Origin: Pseudorhodoplanes sp.
GTDB taxonomy: Bacteria > Pseudomonadota > Alphaproteobacteria > Rhizobiales > Xanthobacteraceae
Length of the DNA: 64,000 nucleotides
Assembly: GCA_013388965.1 (NCBI GenBank)
Contig: JACAEG010000079.1
Location: 1,292 to 65,291, forward strand
Reading direction: 5' to 3'
Positions 29,782 to 40,816 of the stretch are shown piece by piece. Below the pieces are notes generated by a model. The model worked only from the letters and a program-made list of their open reading frames with translations, had not been told where the DNA came from and made no database searches. Position 1 is the stretch's first letter; each line of letters starts with the position of its first letter. The position numbers were made by a program, and so were the translations under genes.

Positions 29782-31209
29782 GTGCCGAGCGTCCTGCCCG
29801 ATCTCAACATCTTCCCAACCCGCCCGGCCGAGCCGCGCCAGCCATCCGCCGCGCGCGACCGCGAAGGTCCGAGCCGCTTCGAATCTCTCGTGGACGAGTC
29901 GGAGCCGGACACCCAGCCTGCCGGCCCGCAACTTTCCCCGGCACGGGAGAGCAAGTCATCGCTGCCGGCCGGTTCGGCCGAGCCTTCCGCCACGCCCTCC
30001 GATAACCAGTCGGTGCTGCCCGCGCCGGACGCGCCCCCTATCGAAGCGCCCGTAGTCGCAAACAATCCCGCGACCGACTTTGCCGCCGTCACGGCGGCCC
30101 TTGCGGCCGCGCCCGGCGGGACCGTGCCCGAAGGCGACAATGCGACGGAGGAACCCGCCGAGGGAGCCGAAAGCGACGCCGATCCGGCCGCGCTCGTCGT
30201 CGCTGCGCCTGCGCCGGAACGGCCGCAGGCCGCGCCCGCTGTCACCGTTGCCGCCCTGCCCGTTACGCCGGTCGTGGCCGCTCCCATTGTCGATGGCGAG
30301 ACGTCCGAGGGCGATGCCGAAGGTGGCATCGTCGAGAATGCCGGGCGCAAGACCTCCGCTCCCGCAATGCCGGCGGACCAGCTCGCGGCGCTCACGCGGA
30401 CCGCGCCGAAGGAAGCCGCGAACCCCTCCGAAACGGGCGAGGACGCAACGGCACAGATGAAGCCAGGCGAGGTTGAGCACATCGCGACAGATGACGCGCC
30501 CGCCGAAACGGACACCGTCTTTGCGGCCAAGAAGGCGTTATCGTCGGACGAAGATCAGGACGCCGACATCAAGTCCGAGGCTCCGCCCGCGCCCCCTGAA
30601 CGGGCAGACGGAAAGAAGCCGGCGCGCACGCCGGACGATGCCGTTCTGCCGGTTGCGGCGGCCGAAGAGCGCGCCGCGGCCCAACCTTCCAGGGATCATG
30701 CGCTGCAGCCGCTCGCGCCCGTCGAGCATCAGTCCGTGACCGCCCAGGGGCAGGCGCAAGCCAATACACAGGCGCAGGCGCGTCCGATCGTGCAGGCCGT
30801 GCCGGTCGCGGCCGTACCGGTCGAAATCGCCGCGCAGGCGCGCGCCGGCAAGACGAGTTTCGAAATCCGCCTCGACCCGCCCGAACTCGGCCGCATCGAC
30901 GTGCGCCTCGACATCGACCACGACGGCAAGGTGACCTCGCGGCTCACCGTCGAGCGCGCGGAGACGCTCGACGTGCTGCGCCGCGATGCGCATTCGATCG
31001 AGCGCGCCCTCAACGATGCCGGGCTGAAGACCTCCGACAATTCGCTGCAATTCTCGCTGCGCGACCAGGGCCATGCCCAGCGCGATCGGGATGACACGGC
31101 CCGCGCCGAACGGCTCGCGATGGCCGAGACCGAGCTTGCGGCCCAGTCGGCCGCTCCGATCTACAACCGCCTGGCCGGGCTCGGCAGCGGGCTCGATATC
31201 CGGGTCTGA
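29782..31209 (+). CDS. fliK: Flagellar hook-length control protein
   Basis: Low-complexity A/P/E-rich N-terminus and C-terminal FEIRLDPPELGRIDVRL; precedes flgD. GTG start inferred. Confidence 0.88.
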   Translation: MPSVLPDLNIFPTRPAEPRQPSAARDREGPSRFESLVDESEPDTQPAGPQLSPARESKSSLPAGSAEPSATPSDNQSVLPAPDAPPIEAPVVANNPATDFAAVTAALAAAPGGTVPEGDNATEEPAEGAESDADPAALVVAAPAPERPQAAPAVTVAALPVTPVVAAPIVDGETSEGDAEGGIVENAGRKTSAPAMPADQLAALTRTAPKEAANPSETGEDATAQMKPGEVEHIATDDAPAETDTVFAAKKALSSDEDQDADIKSEAPPAPPERADGKKPARTPDDAVLPVAAAEERAAAQPSRDHALQPLAPVEHQSVTAQGQAQANTQAQARPIVQAVPVAAVPVEIAAQARAGKTSFEIRLDPPELGRIDVRLDIDHDGKVTSRLTVERAETLDVLRRDAHSIERALNDAGLKTSDNSLQFSLRDQGHAQRDRDDTARAERLAMAETELAAQSAAPIYNRLAGLGSGLDIRV

Positions 31210-31224
31210 ACGCGAAGAAGAGTC

Positions 31225-31920
31225 ATGACCACGATCATTCCTTCCACCACCACGAACGTGACCTCCGGCGTCAACACGTCCAACACCACGGGCACAAGCG
31301 CGACCGACAGCGCGACGCTCGCCTCGAACTTCACGGCCTTCCTGCAATTGCTGACGACGCAGCTCAAGAACCAGAACCCGCTCGATCCGCTCGACACCAA
31401 CCAGTTCACGCAGCAGCTCGTGCAATTCTCGCAGGTCGAGCAGCAGCTCAAGTCCAACGAGCAGCTCGCCACGCTCGTGTCGCTGCAGGAATCGACGCAG
31501 CAGACGCAGGCGCTGGGCTTTGTCGGCCAGACCGTGAGCGTGGAAGGCGCGAGCACCAGGCTCGAGAACAATCGAGCCTACTGGACCTTCAATTCGAGCA
31601 AGCCCGCGGTCGCGACCGTCAACGTGCTGAATTCGGCTGGCGCCACCGTCTATTCCGGCAGCTTCTCGGTCGATGCGGGAACGCAGAATTTCGTCTGGGA
31701 CGGGCGCGGCACGAACGGCCAGCAGCAGCCCGACGGCGTCTACAAGATCGTGGTGACAGGAAAGGACGCGAGCGGACAGAACGTCGCCATCTCGACCGAG
31801 GTCCAGGGCGTCGTGGATTCCGTCGACATGACCAAGAACCCGCCGACCCTTTCGATCGGCGAAAACGAGTATACGCTGGACAAGGTCAAGCGGGTCGTGC
31901 GCGCGCCGCAGGAGGATTGA
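31225..31920 (+). CDS. flgD: Flagellar hook-capping protein
   Basis: FLQLLTTQLKNQNPLDP and FVWDG motifs. Confidence 0.95.
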   Translation: MTTIIPSTTTNVTSGVNTSNTTGTSATDSATLASNFTAFLQLLTTQLKNQNPLDPLDTNQFTQQLVQFSQVEQQLKSNEQLATLVSLQESTQQTQALGFVGQTVSVEGASTRLENNRAYWTFNSSKPAVATVNVLNSAGATVYSGSFSVDAGTQNFVWDGRGTNGQQQPDGVYKIVVTGKDASGQNVAISTEVQGVVDSVDMTKNPPTLSIGENEYTLDKVKRVVRAPQED

Positions 31921-31940
31921 AACCGCAAGAACCGGCGCAT

Positions 31941-32025
31941 TTAACGACTTCTTAAAGGCGGAGCAGCGCCCAAATGAGCGCGGCGCACATCTTGGAATTG
32001 AAGATTGCGCTTAGCCAAATCTTAA
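31941..32025. promoter_or_regulatory. CtrA boxes upstream of sciP
   Basis: TTAA-N7-TTAA (31941-31955) and TTAG-N7-TTAA (32011-32025). Confidence 0.75.
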
Positions 32026-32078
32026 GCGGCCCGGTCTACCTTGCCTCCTGTTGTATCAGTGAGTGCGCGAGTTCGACG

Positions 32079-32354
32079 ATGACCGAACCTCTTCGCCCGA
32101 GGGTCAAGTATGTGATCGGGCCTGACGGCAGCCCGCTGACCATCGCGGATCTGCCACCTCCGACCACCAAGCGCTGGGTCATCCGGCGCAAGGCAGAGGT
32201 TGTCGCTGCCGTGCGCGGCGGCCTGCTGTCGCTGGAGGAGGCGTGCAACCGCTATACGCTGACAACCGAGGAATTCCTGTCCTGGCAGTTTTCGATCGAC
32301 CAGCATGGCCTGGCCGGTTTGCGGACGACCCGCATCCAGCAATACCGCCAGTAG
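32079..32354 (+). CDS. sciP: CtrA inhibitor SciP (DUF1153)
   Basis: YVIGPDGSPLTIADLPP, RWVIRRKAEVVAAVRGGLL and GLRTTRIQQYR. Confidence 0.93.
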   Translation: MTEPLRPRVKYVIGPDGSPLTIADLPPPTTKRWVIRRKAEVVAAVRGGLLSLEEACNRYTLTTEEFLSWQFSIDQHGLAGLRTTRIQQYRQ

Positions 32355-32440
32355 TTCCGACCCCCGATCTTTCCAGAAGCGCCGGCCTCCGAGCCGGCGC
32401 TTTGCTTTTGGCGCCCGCCCCCGGGGGACTGCGTACGCAA

Positions 32441-32479
32441 TTAACCAGATGGAAACCATAGACTGGGCAAATTTTGCCG
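32441..32479. promoter_or_regulatory. Class II flagellar promoter of fliF: CtrA-like box and ftr site
   Basis: TTAA-N7-GAAAC (32441-32456) and GGGCAAATTTTGCCG (32465-32479). Confidence 0.6.
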
Positions 32480-32519
32480 AGGCGCGCCGCGGATCGGCGC
32501 GACGAGCAAAGGGTTGCCC

Positions 32520-34214
32520 GTGCAAGGTCTCGCAGAATTCGTAAAGACGCTCGGCGCCACGCGCATCGGCGCGATGGCGGCCATCGCCGCGGCTCTGATC
32601 GGATTTTTCGCCTTTGTGATCCTCAGGGTCACCTCGCCCACCATGACCACGCTGTTCACCGATCTGACCTTTGAGGATTCCTCGGCCATCGTCAAAGACC
32701 TGGAGCGGCAGGGCATTCCCTTCGAGTTGCGCAACGACGCCGGCACCATCCTGGTGCCGAAGGAGGCCGTGACCCGGCTGCGCATGAAGCTTGCGGAATC
32801 CGGCCTGCCCAAGGGCGGCGGCGTGGGCTACGAGATTTTCGACAAGAGCGACGCGCTCGGGGCAACCAGTTTCGTCCAGAATATCAATCACTTGCGCGCG
32901 CTTGAGGGCGAGCTTGCGCGCACCATTCGCGCGATCGACCGGGTGCATGCGGCGCGCGTGCATCTCGTCATGCCGGAACGGCCGCTGTTCTCGCGCGACA
33001 AGGTCGAGCCGTCGGCCTCGATCGTGCTGCGGGTGCGCGGCACGCTGGAGACGCAACAGGTGCGGGCCATCCGCCATCTCGTCTCGTCCGCCGTCAGCGG
33101 CCTGAAGCCGGCGCGCATCTCGATCGTCGACGAAAGCGGTCGGCTGCTGGCCGACGGCGCCGGCGACGGCACGGATATCGTCAGCGTGCCGGCCGACGAA
33201 CGCAAGGTCGCGTTCGAGCGGCGCATGCGCGAGCAGGTGGAATCGATCGTGTCGTCGGTGGTCGGACCCGGCCGCGCGCGCGTGCAGCTGGCCGCCGAGT
33301 TCGATTTCAACCGCATCACGCAGACGTCGGACCGTTACGATCCGGAAGGGCGCGTGGTGCGATCGAGCCAGACGCGCGAGGAAAGCTCGCTTTCCGCCAA
33401 CGGCCAGGACGGACAGGTGACGGTCGCCAACGAATTGCCCGGCGGCGGCCGGCAGGGACAGCAGCCGGGCCAGGGCGGCAATAACAACAACGGCCGCAGC
33501 GACCAGAACCGCAAGACCGAGGAGATCGTAAATTACGAGATTTCCCGCACCACCAAGACCGAGGTGATCGAGGGCGGACGGGTCAATCGCATCTCCGTCG
33601 CCGTGCTTGTGGATGGCAACTACGTCAAGAACGACAAGGGCGACGTCACCTACGAGCCGCGCAGCGCGGAAGAAATCGACCGGATTGCCGCGCTCGTGCG
33701 GTCGGCCATCGGCTTCGACCAGAAGCGCGGCGACCAGGTGGAGGTGGTCAATCTGCGTCTTGCCGAGGCGCCGCAGAATCTTCCGCGCGAGCCGAGGACC
33801 TGGATGGACTATTTCCAGTTCACCAAGGACGACATCATGCGCGGGGTCGAGCTCGGCGTGATGGCGCTGCTTGGCCTGATCGTGCTGCTGATGGTGGTGC
33901 GCCCGCTCGTGCGCCGCATCGTAACGCCGGACAAGGCCGTGACGGCCCTGGCGGGCGCGGCCGGCGCCGGGGGGCTCGCGATCGCCGGCGCGGCGGGCAG
34001 CATCTCCGGCGGACCGGGCGGCCCGAATGTGATCGTGGGCGGCGAACAGGCGACCGCGACGATTTCCACCCACACCTCGCAGATGATCGATATCGCCCAG
34101 GTGCAGGGACAGGTTCACGCCCAGTCCGTGCAGAAAGTGGGCGAACTCGCCGACCGCAATCCCCACGAAACCGTCGCCATCATTCGTCAGTGGCTTCACG
34201 AGAACAACAACTGA
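32520..34214 (+). CDS. fliF: Flagellar M-ring protein
   Basis: GYEIFDK, RALEGELARTI and ARVHLV motifs; two TM segments. Confidence 0.96.
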   Translation: MQGLAEFVKTLGATRIGAMAAIAAALIGFFAFVILRVTSPTMTTLFTDLTFEDSSAIVKDLERQGIPFELRNDAGTILVPKEAVTRLRMKLAESGLPKGGGVGYEIFDKSDALGATSFVQNINHLRALEGELARTIRAIDRVHAARVHLVMPERPLFSRDKVEPSASIVLRVRGTLETQQVRAIRHLVSSAVSGLKPARISIVDESGRLLADGAGDGTDIVSVPADERKVAFERRMREQVESIVSSVVGPGRARVQLAAEFDFNRITQTSDRYDPEGRVVRSSQTREESSLSANGQDGQVTVANELPGGGRQGQQPGQGGNNNNGRSDQNRKTEEIVNYEISRTTKTEVIEGGRVNRISVAVLVDGNYVKNDKGDVTYEPRSAEEIDRIAALVRSAIGFDQKRGDQVEVVNLRLAEAPQNLPREPRTWMDYFQFTKDDIMRGVELGVMALLGLIVLLMVVRPLVRRIVTPDKAVTALAGAAGAGGLAIAGAAGSISGGPGGPNVIVGGEQATATISTHTSQMIDIAQVQGQVHAQSVQKVGELADRNPHETVAIIRQWLHENNN

Positions 34215-34226
34215 TCGAGCAGCGTT

Positions 34227-35312
34227 ATGACGACCGCGCACAACAAGACCTCCAGCGACATCGCCAATGTCGTCGCGGCGCTTGCCAGTCGGCAGGCGGA
34301 GGCCACCGCGCCGCCGCGCGTACTGACCGGCCCGGAGCGGGCGGCGGTGCTGATGCTCGCCCTCGGCGAGCAATATGGCGGAAAAATCTGGGGCATGCTC
34401 GACGACGACGAATTGCGCATGCTGTCGATCACGATGTCCACGCTGGGCACGGTCGAGGCGCCGGCGGTCGAGAACCTGCTGCTTGAATTCGTCGGGCGCC
34501 TGTCCGCCTCCGGCTCGCTGATGGGCAATTACGACGCGACTGAGCGCCTGCTGCAGCAATTCCTGCCGCCCGAGCGCGTCGGCGGGATCATGGACGAGAT
34601 GCGCGGTCCGGCCGGCCGCAACATGTGGGAGAAGCTCTCGAACTTCCAGGAAGAGGTGCTCGCGAACTACCTCAAGAACGAATACCCGCAGACCGTCGCC
34701 GTGGTGCTGTCCAAGATCAAGCCCGAGCATGCCGCGCGCGTGCTGTCGATCCTGCCCGAGGAGCTGGCGCTGGACGTCGTCAACCGCATGCTGCGCATGG
34801 AGGCGGTGCAGAAGGACGTGATCGAGCGCGTGGAGCAGACGCTGCGCACCGAATTCATGTCGAACCTGTCGCAGACCCGCCGCCGCGACGCCCACGAGGT
34901 CATGGCCGAAATCTTCAACAATTTCGACCGCCAGACCGAGACTCGCTTCCTGACCTCGCTGGAGGAGCAGAATCGCGAAAGCGCCGAGCGCATCAAGACG
35001 CTGATGTTCACCTTCGACGACCTCATCAAGCTCGATACCGGCTCCGCGCAGACGCTGATGCGTCACATCGACAAGGACAAGCTTGCGATCGCGCTCAAGG
35101 GCGCCGCCGAGCCCGTGCGCCAGTTCTTCATGAGCAACATGTCGACGCGCGCGGCGAAGATGCTGGTCGACGACATGCAGGCGATGGGTCCGGTCCGCCT
35201 GCGCGAGGTCGACGAGGCCCAGATGCTGCTGGTCAATCTCGCCAAGGACCTCGCCGCCAAGGGCGAGATCGTGATCGCCAAGCAGCGCGGCGACGAGGAG
35301 CTGGTGTTTTGA
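34227..35312 (+). CDS. fliG: Flagellar motor switch protein
   Basis: [21 protein letters not shown] and MFTFDDL motifs. Confidence 0.96.
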   Translation: MTTAHNKTSSDIANVVAALASRQAEATAPPRVLTGPERAAVLMLALGEQYGGKIWGMLDDDELRMLSITMSTLGTVEAPAVENLLLEFVGRLSASGSLMGNYDATERLLQQFLPPERVGGIMDEMRGPAGRNMWEKLSNFQEEVLANYLKNEYPQTVAVVLSKIKPEHAARVLSILPEELALDVVNRMLRMEAVQKDVIERVEQTLRTEFMSNLSQTRRRDAHEVMAEIFNNFDRQTETRFLTSLEEQNRESAERIKTLMFTFDDLIKLDTGSAQTLMRHIDKDKLAIALKGAAEPVRQFFMSNMSTRAAKMLVDDMQAMGPVRLREVDEAQMLLVNLAKDLAAKGEIVIAKQRGDEELVF

Positions 35313-35962
35313 CCGCGACCGCCCCGACCAGGTTCCTGTTCGACACCGATTTCGGCGCCTCCGCGAAGGCCGCCAATGTCGTCGCGCTCGACGAGCACAA
35401 GGCCGCGGTCGCGGAAGCGGAGACGCGCGGCTACCGCAACGGATTCGCGGCCGGCGCCGCCGAGGCGCGCGCCGAGACGGAGCGTCGTCTCGCTCTCGCT
35501 CTGGAGCAGGTCTCGGGCGGCCTGGAGGGAATCGCACGCGGTCTTGCCGGCGTCGAATCGCGTCTGGAAGCCGAGGCCGTGGATGTCGCGGTCACGGTCG
35601 CGCGCATGCTCGCGCCTGAGCTGATCGCCCGCGAGCCCTTTGCCGAAATCGCGGCCCTTGCCACCGAATGCTTCCGACATCTGATCGCGGCACCGCATAT
35701 CGTCGTGCGCGTCAACGAGAATCTCTACACCAGCGCGCGCGAACAGCTGGACCGGCTGGCGAGCCAGTCGGGGTATGCCGGGCGGCTGGTCATACTCTCC
35801 GAACCCGACATTGCCGAGGGCGACTGCCGCATCGAATGGGCGGATGGCGGCGTGGTCCGCAGCCGCGCCGAAATCGAGGCAGCCATTGCCGAGACGGTCG
35901 GACGATTCCTTGCCGGTCGCCAGAGCCCCGTTGAGCATGGTTTGAAAGGACCAGAACAATGA
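35309..35962 (+). CDS. fliH: Flagellar assembly protein
   Basis: RFLFDTDF and [11 protein letters not shown]; TTG start overlapping the fliG stop. Confidence 0.88.
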   Translation: MTATAPTRFLFDTDFGASAKAANVVALDEHKAAVAEAETRGYRNGFAAGAAEARAETERRLALALEQVSGGLEGIARGLAGVESRLEAEAVDVAVTVARMLAPELIAREPFAEIAALATECFRHLIAAPHIVVRVNENLYTSAREQLDRLASQSGYAGRLVILSEPDIAEGDCRIEWADGGVVRSRAEIEAAIAETVGRFLAGRQSPVEHGLKGPEQ

Positions 35963-36306
35963 GCGACAACGAACCGCAGGTCCCGCTGCCCAGTCTGGAC
36001 ATCGATCAGGGCAATCCGACTGCGCCGGAATCGTCCGACGCGGAGACGGAGAACCGCACGGCCGCCGATCTCGAAGCCATGTTCGACGTGCCGGTGCAGG
36101 TGTCGGCCGTGCTCGGGCGCTCGCGCATGGATGTCGGCCAGCTCCTGAAGCTCGGGCCGGGCGCGATCCTGGAACTCGATCGCAAGGTCGGCGAGGCGAT
36201 CGACATCTACGTCAATGACCGCCTCGTCGCCCGCGGCGAAGTCGTGCTGGTCGAGGAAAAGCTCGGCGTGACCATGACGGAAATCATCAAGGCGGACCGG
36301 GGATGA
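35959..36306 (+). CDS. fliN: Flagellar motor switch protein
   Basis: DVPVQVSAVLG and LDRKVGEAIDIYVNDRLVARGEVV. Confidence 0.95.
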   Translation: MSDNEPQVPLPSLDIDQGNPTAPESSDAETENRTAADLEAMFDVPVQVSAVLGRSRMDVGQLLKLGPGAILELDRKVGEAIDIYVNDRLVARGEVVLVEEKLGVTMTEIIKADRG

Positions 36307-36364
36307 CAAATTCCGGACCGCGCGCGCCGTGCGCGTCCGCCATGACCAAGAAGGGATCTGAACC

Positions 36365-37741
36365 ATGCGCCTCCTGATCATCGGCACGCTCAAGGGCCAG
36401 CTCACGCTCGCCACCAAATACGCCATGCAGAAGGGCGCGGCGGTCACGCATGCGAGCGACGCCGAGCAGGCTTTGGCCGTGCTCCGCTCCGGCCGTGGCG
36501 CCGACCTGCTGATGGTGGACGTGGCGCTCGACATCGCCGACCTCGTCGCCCGCCTCGCGGCCGAGCATATCCACGCACCGATCGTCGCCTGCGGCGTCGA
36601 CAATGATGCGCGCGCCGCGGGCGCCGCGATCCGCGCCGGCGCCAAGGAATACATCCCGCTGCCGCCCGATCCCGAGCTGATCGGCGCGGTGCTCGCCGCC
36701 GTTGCCGACGACAATCGCGATCTGATCTTCAGCGACGAGGCGATGGCGCGCGTGATCAGGCTCGCGCAGCAGGTGGCGGCGTCCGACGCATCCGTCCTCA
36801 TCACCGGCGAATCCGGCACCGGCAAGGAAGTCCTTGCCCGCTACGTGCATCAGCGCTCGAATCGCGCGAACAAACCCTTCATCTGCGTGAACTGCGCCGC
36901 CATCCCCGAGACGCTGCTCGAGTCCGAGCTGTTCGGGCACGAGAAGGGCGCCTTCACGGGCGCGATCGCGCGGCGCATCGGAAAGTTCGAGGAGGCCAAT
37001 GGCGGCACGCTGCTGCTCGACGAAATCTCGGAGATGGACGTGCGCCTGCAGGCCAAGCTTCTGCGCGCGATCCAGGAGCGGGTGATCGACCGCGTCGGCG
37101 GCGCCAGGCCGGTGCCGGTCAATATCCGCATCCTCGCGACCTCGAACCGCAATCTGACGGAGGCTGCGCGCGCCGGCCAGTTCCGCGAGGACCTGCTGTT
37201 CCGGCTCAATGTCGTGAATCTGCGCATTCCGCCCCTGCGCGAGCGTCCGGCCGACATTCTCGAACTCGCCCGGCATTTCGCCGCACATTACTCCAAGGCG
37301 AACGGCCTGCCGGAAAAGACGATCTCGCCCGACGCGCGACGAGCGCTCATGATGAATCCCTGGCCGGGCAATGTGCGCGAACTGGAAAACGCCATCCATC
37401 GCGCGGTGCTGCTATCGTCCGGTTCGGAAATCGGGATCGACGCACTGATCACCGCCGACGGCGCGCAGCTTGGCAGTGCGGCCACGCCGCCCGCGGTCGC
37501 GCATGCGACAATCGCGGCCGAACAGGTGACGCGCGCCCTCGTCGGCCGCACGGTCGCCGATGTCGAGCGCGACCTGATCCTGGAGACGCTGAAGCATTGC
37601 CTCGGCAACCGCACGCATGCGGCCAACATTCTCGGCATCTCGATCCGCACCTTGCGCAACAAGCTGAACGAATATGCCTCCGACGGCGTGCCGGTGCCCC
37701 CGCCCAACGGCGGCGGCGACCCGCGCTTCGCGGCGGCGTGA
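36365..37741 (+). CDS. flbD: Sigma54-dependent flagellar transcriptional activator
   Basis: REC-like N-terminus, [22 protein letters not shown] and a Fis-type HTH; follows fliN as in Caulobacter. Confidence 0.9.
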   Translation: MRLLIIGTLKGQLTLATKYAMQKGAAVTHASDAEQALAVLRSGRGADLLMVDVALDIADLVARLAAEHIHAPIVACGVDNDARAAGAAIRAGAKEYIPLPPDPELIGAVLAAVADDNRDLIFSDEAMARVIRLAQQVAASDASVLITGESGTGKEVLARYVHQRSNRANKPFICVNCAAIPETLLESELFGHEKGAFTGAIARRIGKFEEANGGTLLLDEISEMDVRLQAKLLRAIQERVIDRVGGARPVPVNIRILATSNRNLTEAARAGQFREDLLFRLNVVNLRIPPLRERPADILELARHFAAHYSKANGLPEKTISPDARRALMMNPWPGNVRELENAIHRAVLLSSGSEIGIDALITADGAQLGSAATPPAVAHATIAAEQVTRALVGRTVADVERDLILETLKHCLGNRTHAANILGISIRTLRNKLNEYASDGVPVPPPNGGGDPRFAAA

Positions 37742-38082
37742 CAACGATCTACAAGATTTGCCCCGCCGCCGAATGGCGCGCGGCGGAACGGGCCGGAATT
37801 TTCCGCGGCTCGGCCGTCGATCTGCGCGATGGCTTCATCCATTTCTCGGCGGCCGACCAGGTTGCCGGGACGGCAGCGAAACATTTCGCCGGGCAGTCCG
37901 ACCTGTTGCTGATCCATGTCGATGCAGACGCGCTCGGCGACGCGCTCAAATGGGAAGTCTCTCGCGGCGGCGCGCTGTTTCCGCATCTCTACGGAGATTT
38001 GCGGACGGAGGCTGTGATCCGCGCGGAGCCGCTGCCGCTCGGGCCGGACGGGCGGCACGTTTTTCCACCTTTGCAGAAATGA
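37738..38082 (+). CDS. DUF952 family protein
   Basis: IYKIC, DLRDGFIHFS and LFPHLYG; GTG start overlapping the flbD stop. Confidence 0.85.
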   Translation: MTTIYKICPAAEWRAAERAGIFRGSAVDLRDGFIHFSAADQVAGTAAKHFAGQSDLLLIHVDADALGDALKWEVSRGGALFPHLYGDLRTEAVIRAEPLPLGPDGRHVFPPLQK

Positions 38083-38084
38083 CA

Positions 38085-38110
38085 AAGCCGGGGCGTTACC
38101 GCCCCGGCTT
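38085..38110. terminator. Hairpin/terminator
   Basis: AAGCCGGGGCG-TTAC-CGCCCCGGCTT perfect inverted repeat between convergent genes. Confidence 0.7.
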
Positions 38111-38133
38111 CCTGCTGGAAACGCCAGTCGTGT

Positions 38134-38515
38134 TCAGTCGTGCGCCAGACGCGATCCCGCGTTCCACCGGAGCGCGTGGGGGCCCTCGCCGATCAGCGCC
38201 TGCACGATCACCAGCACGATCAGGAAGGCGGGATATTCCCGGCCGCCGTTCGGCGCGGAAAAGCCCCAGCCGTTCGGCAGATGCACGAGCAGCGCGCCGA
38301 GCAGGATCGGCAGCGTTGCGAGCGAGACCAGCCGCACCTGAAAGTCTGCGATCAGCGCGACGCCGGCGAGGAATTCACCGGCAACCACCGGGTAGGCGGT
38401 CCAACCCGGAAAGCGCTGGGCGAAGAAGCCGGCGGTGCCGGGCAGCGAGCTTCATCGAGATCGTGGGCGAAGGCGTAAAGCGCCGGGTCGCGACGCGCGA
38501 GGTCGCGCCGGACAT
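38134..38515 (-). pseudogene. Degraded DoxX-family membrane protein gene
   Basis: An intact-looking C-terminal frame (LPGTAGFF...VHLPNGWGFSAPNGGREYPAF). The N-terminal part is split across frames with an in-frame stop. Confidence 0.65.
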
Positions 38516-38571
38516 GCGTTCGCGCTAGGGTTCGCGCCTCACCCGCCTGCCGGGCGACAACCGAACCACGG

Positions 38572-39681
38572 ATGCGACCCAATCCAATGAGACAGCCCTG
38601 GATGGCGCCGACCGCGGGCGTGGCCACGGCGCTCCTCCTCGCGAGCGCGACAGCAGCGTCCGACTTCGCCGATTTCCGCGACTGGCATGTCGCATGCGAC
38701 AATCTCCGCAACTGCGTCGCCACCGGCGGCGACGGCGCGAGCCAGGGGGGCTATCTCGCCATTGCGCGCAGCGGCGCACCCGAGGCGGCACCTGTCATCA
38801 CGATCGCCGTTTTCGCGGAGAAAGGCGTCACCTTCACGCTGCGTTTCAACGATTCCGCTTTGCCCGGCCTTCCCCGCGGCGAGTTCGAAGGCGCGCCGGA
38901 CGATGCCGGCGGCTATCGCCGCATTGTGCTGTCCGAGAGCGTCTCGCCCGATATCCTGATCGCCTCGTTTCGCAAGGCTGATGCGATCGTCGTGACGCGC
39001 TCGGGTTCGCCGGGCGCCAAGACGAGCGATCCCGAAAAATCGGAAATCTCCCTGTCGGGCCTCGTCGCCGCGCTGATCTGGATGGATGACGAGCAGAAGC
39101 GCATCGACACGGTGACGGCGCTGATCAGGCGCGGCCCGAAGCCTGCGTCCGCGGTGCCGCCACAGCCCCCCATGCCGGTCGTCGTTGCCGCCAGGTCAGC
39201 CGGCGGCAAGCCGCCGGAGAAGGCTCCGGCGGTCCTGATGAAGAAAGGCCGCGCCCTGTGCGAAGAGGAGGAAGCCGGTGCAAAGCTCGAGGAGAGCTAT
39301 CCGCTCGCCGGCAACATGGTTCTCTACATGTTCATCTGCCCGGATTCGAGCGGCGCCTATAATGCGCATTACGGGTTGCTTGCGGCCCCCTCCGGCAAGC
39401 CGCAGGCGGCGCGCACGCTCAGCTTCCGCTGGCCGGTGCAGATCGGCGACACCGTACCGGACGACGAGGACGGCACGATCGTGGTCAATCCAGCCTTCGA
39501 TCCGAAAACAGGCAAGCTCACGACCTTCTCCAAGGAGCGCGGGCCAGGCGATTGCGGCACCGGCGAGGAATGGGTGTGGGACGGCAAGGCATTCAGGCTT
39601 GTCCTGCTGAAGATGATGGTGCATTGCAGGGGCATTCCCTACGACGACTGGCCGGTCCTGTATCGCGCCGCAGTGAAGTGA
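38572..39681 (+). CDS. DUF1176-like secreted protein
   Basis: Signal-like region, FRDWHVACDNLRNC, LIWMDDEQKR, GAYN and RGPGDCG...WVWDGKAF. Confidence 0.75.
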   Translation: MRPNPMRQPWMAPTAGVATALLLASATAASDFADFRDWHVACDNLRNCVATGGDGASQGGYLAIARSGAPEAAPVITIAVFAEKGVTFTLRFNDSALPGLPRGEFEGAPDDAGGYRRIVLSESVSPDILIASFRKADAIVVTRSGSPGAKTSDPEKSEISLSGLVAALIWMDDEQKRIDTVTALIRRGPKPASAVPPQPPMPVVVAARSAGGKPPEKAPAVLMKKGRALCEEEEAGAKLEESYPLAGNMVLYMFICPDSSGAYNAHYGLLAAPSGKPQAARTLSFRWPVQIGDTVPDDEDGTIVVNPAFDPKTGKLTTFSKERGPGDCGTGEEWVWDGKAFRLVLLKMMVHCRGIPYDDWPVLYRAAVK

Positions 39682-39689
39682 GACACCCG

Positions 39690-40274
39690 ATGCGAAGCAC
39701 CTTGTTGGCCGTCGCGGCCTTTGCCGTTCTCGCGACCGTGGCCACCTCGCACGCGCAGCCGGCCAAGACGGGCTGCGATCTTCCCAATGCCGACCGTACG
39801 GTGCACGGCGTCACGCTGGGCGATGCCAAGAGCGCGCTGGCGGTGCTCGGCGACGACCACCGCAACGTCGTCAACGACCGGCAGACCGATTTTCCCTGGA
39901 TCCTGTTCGCCTCGCGCGACAACAAGCAGATCCTTGCCTTCCGCCATCACGCCGGCGACATCATAGATTCCTATCTGGAAGTCGAGGTGAAATACGGGCG
40001 CGACGACCGCAGCCCGCCCAAGCTCAATGTGTTCGAATTCGTCACCGGCAACGGCATCAAGCTCGGGATGAAGCGGCGCCCGTTCCTGCGCAGGATGGGC
40101 CCGTGCTTCACAAGCAGCGTCAATGGCAAGACCGAGATCATTCGTTATGAGATCGCGGAGAAGGAGCCGAAGGCGCCGATCCTCAAGGCGGCGAACATGC
40201 CGCAATATTACGCCGAGTACGAGTTCGATCACGGCGTGCTGGTGCGAATGAAATTCGGCTACGCGCCGTTCTAG
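39690..40274 (+). CDS. Secreted hypothetical protein
   Basis: Signal peptide MRSTLLAVAAFAVLATVATSHAQ; starts 8 nt after the DUF1176 gene. Confidence 0.75.
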   Translation: MRSTLLAVAAFAVLATVATSHAQPAKTGCDLPNADRTVHGVTLGDAKSALAVLGDDHRNVVNDRQTDFPWILFASRDNKQILAFRHHAGDIIDSYLEVEVKYGRDDRSPPKLNVFEFVTGNGIKLGMKRRPFLRRMGPCFTSSVNGKTEIIRYEIAEKEPKAPILKAANMPQYYAEYEFDHGVLVRMKFGYAPF

Positions 40275-40297
40275 CTCATCCCTCCTCGCGCAATTCG

Positions 40298-40323
40298 CCT
40301 CTCCCCGCTCAAGCGGGGCGAGG
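40298..40323. terminator. REP-like hairpin / bidirectional terminator
   Basis: CCTCTCCCCGCT-CA-AGCGGGGCGAGG between convergent genes. Confidence 0.55.
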
Positions 40324-40325
40324 GG

Positions 40326-40760
40326 CTACAGCAGCGCATAGGCGCTCGACACCATCGCCACCGGCTTGTTGTCCGCCGCAGACAGAATCGTCACCCGCCC
40401 GAACGCCATCGTGCGCCCGAGCCGCGCGATGCGCGCGTCGGCCAGCACATCGGCCTTCGACACGGGTTTGAGAAAATGCGTGGTCTGGTCGACCGTCGTC
40501 ATCGGGCGATAGGCGCCGCTCGCGGCCGAGACCGCGAACACCATCGCGGTATCGGCGAGCGCCATCAGCGCCTGCCCGGAAATCACCCCGCCCTCGCGGC
40601 ACAGTCGGTCCGAGAACGCCATTCGCAGCACGGCGCCTGGCTCCGCCGCCTTGGCCTCGATACGCTCGATCGAAAGCTTCAGGTCCTGCACCCAGGGCGC
40701 GAACACCTCCGTCAGAAGCCGCTCCGCCGCCGCCTGATCGAACGCACCGTCATTCGCCAT
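40326..40760 (-). CDS. PaaI-family hotdog-fold thioesterase
   Basis: FAPWVQDL, GQALMALADTAM, TTVDQTTHFLKP and RLGRTMAFG. Confidence 0.85.
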   Translation of the reverse strand: MANDGAFDQAAAERLLTEVFAPWVQDLKLSIERIEAKAAEPGAVLRMAFSDRLCREGGVISGQALMALADTAMVFAVSAASGAYRPMTTVDQTTHFLKPVSKADVLADARIARLGRTMAFGRVTILSAADNKPVAMVSSAYALL

Positions 40761-40816
40761 CGACCCTTTCCCTCCATGTGGCCGTCGGGACCCACATAGG
40801 CAATTCCACGACGTCG

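Noticed and set aside
32022-35537. 1171-aa minus-strand ORF
   Set aside because: Antisense shadow of sciP-fliF-fliG-fliH in high-GC DNA; no recognisable domain.
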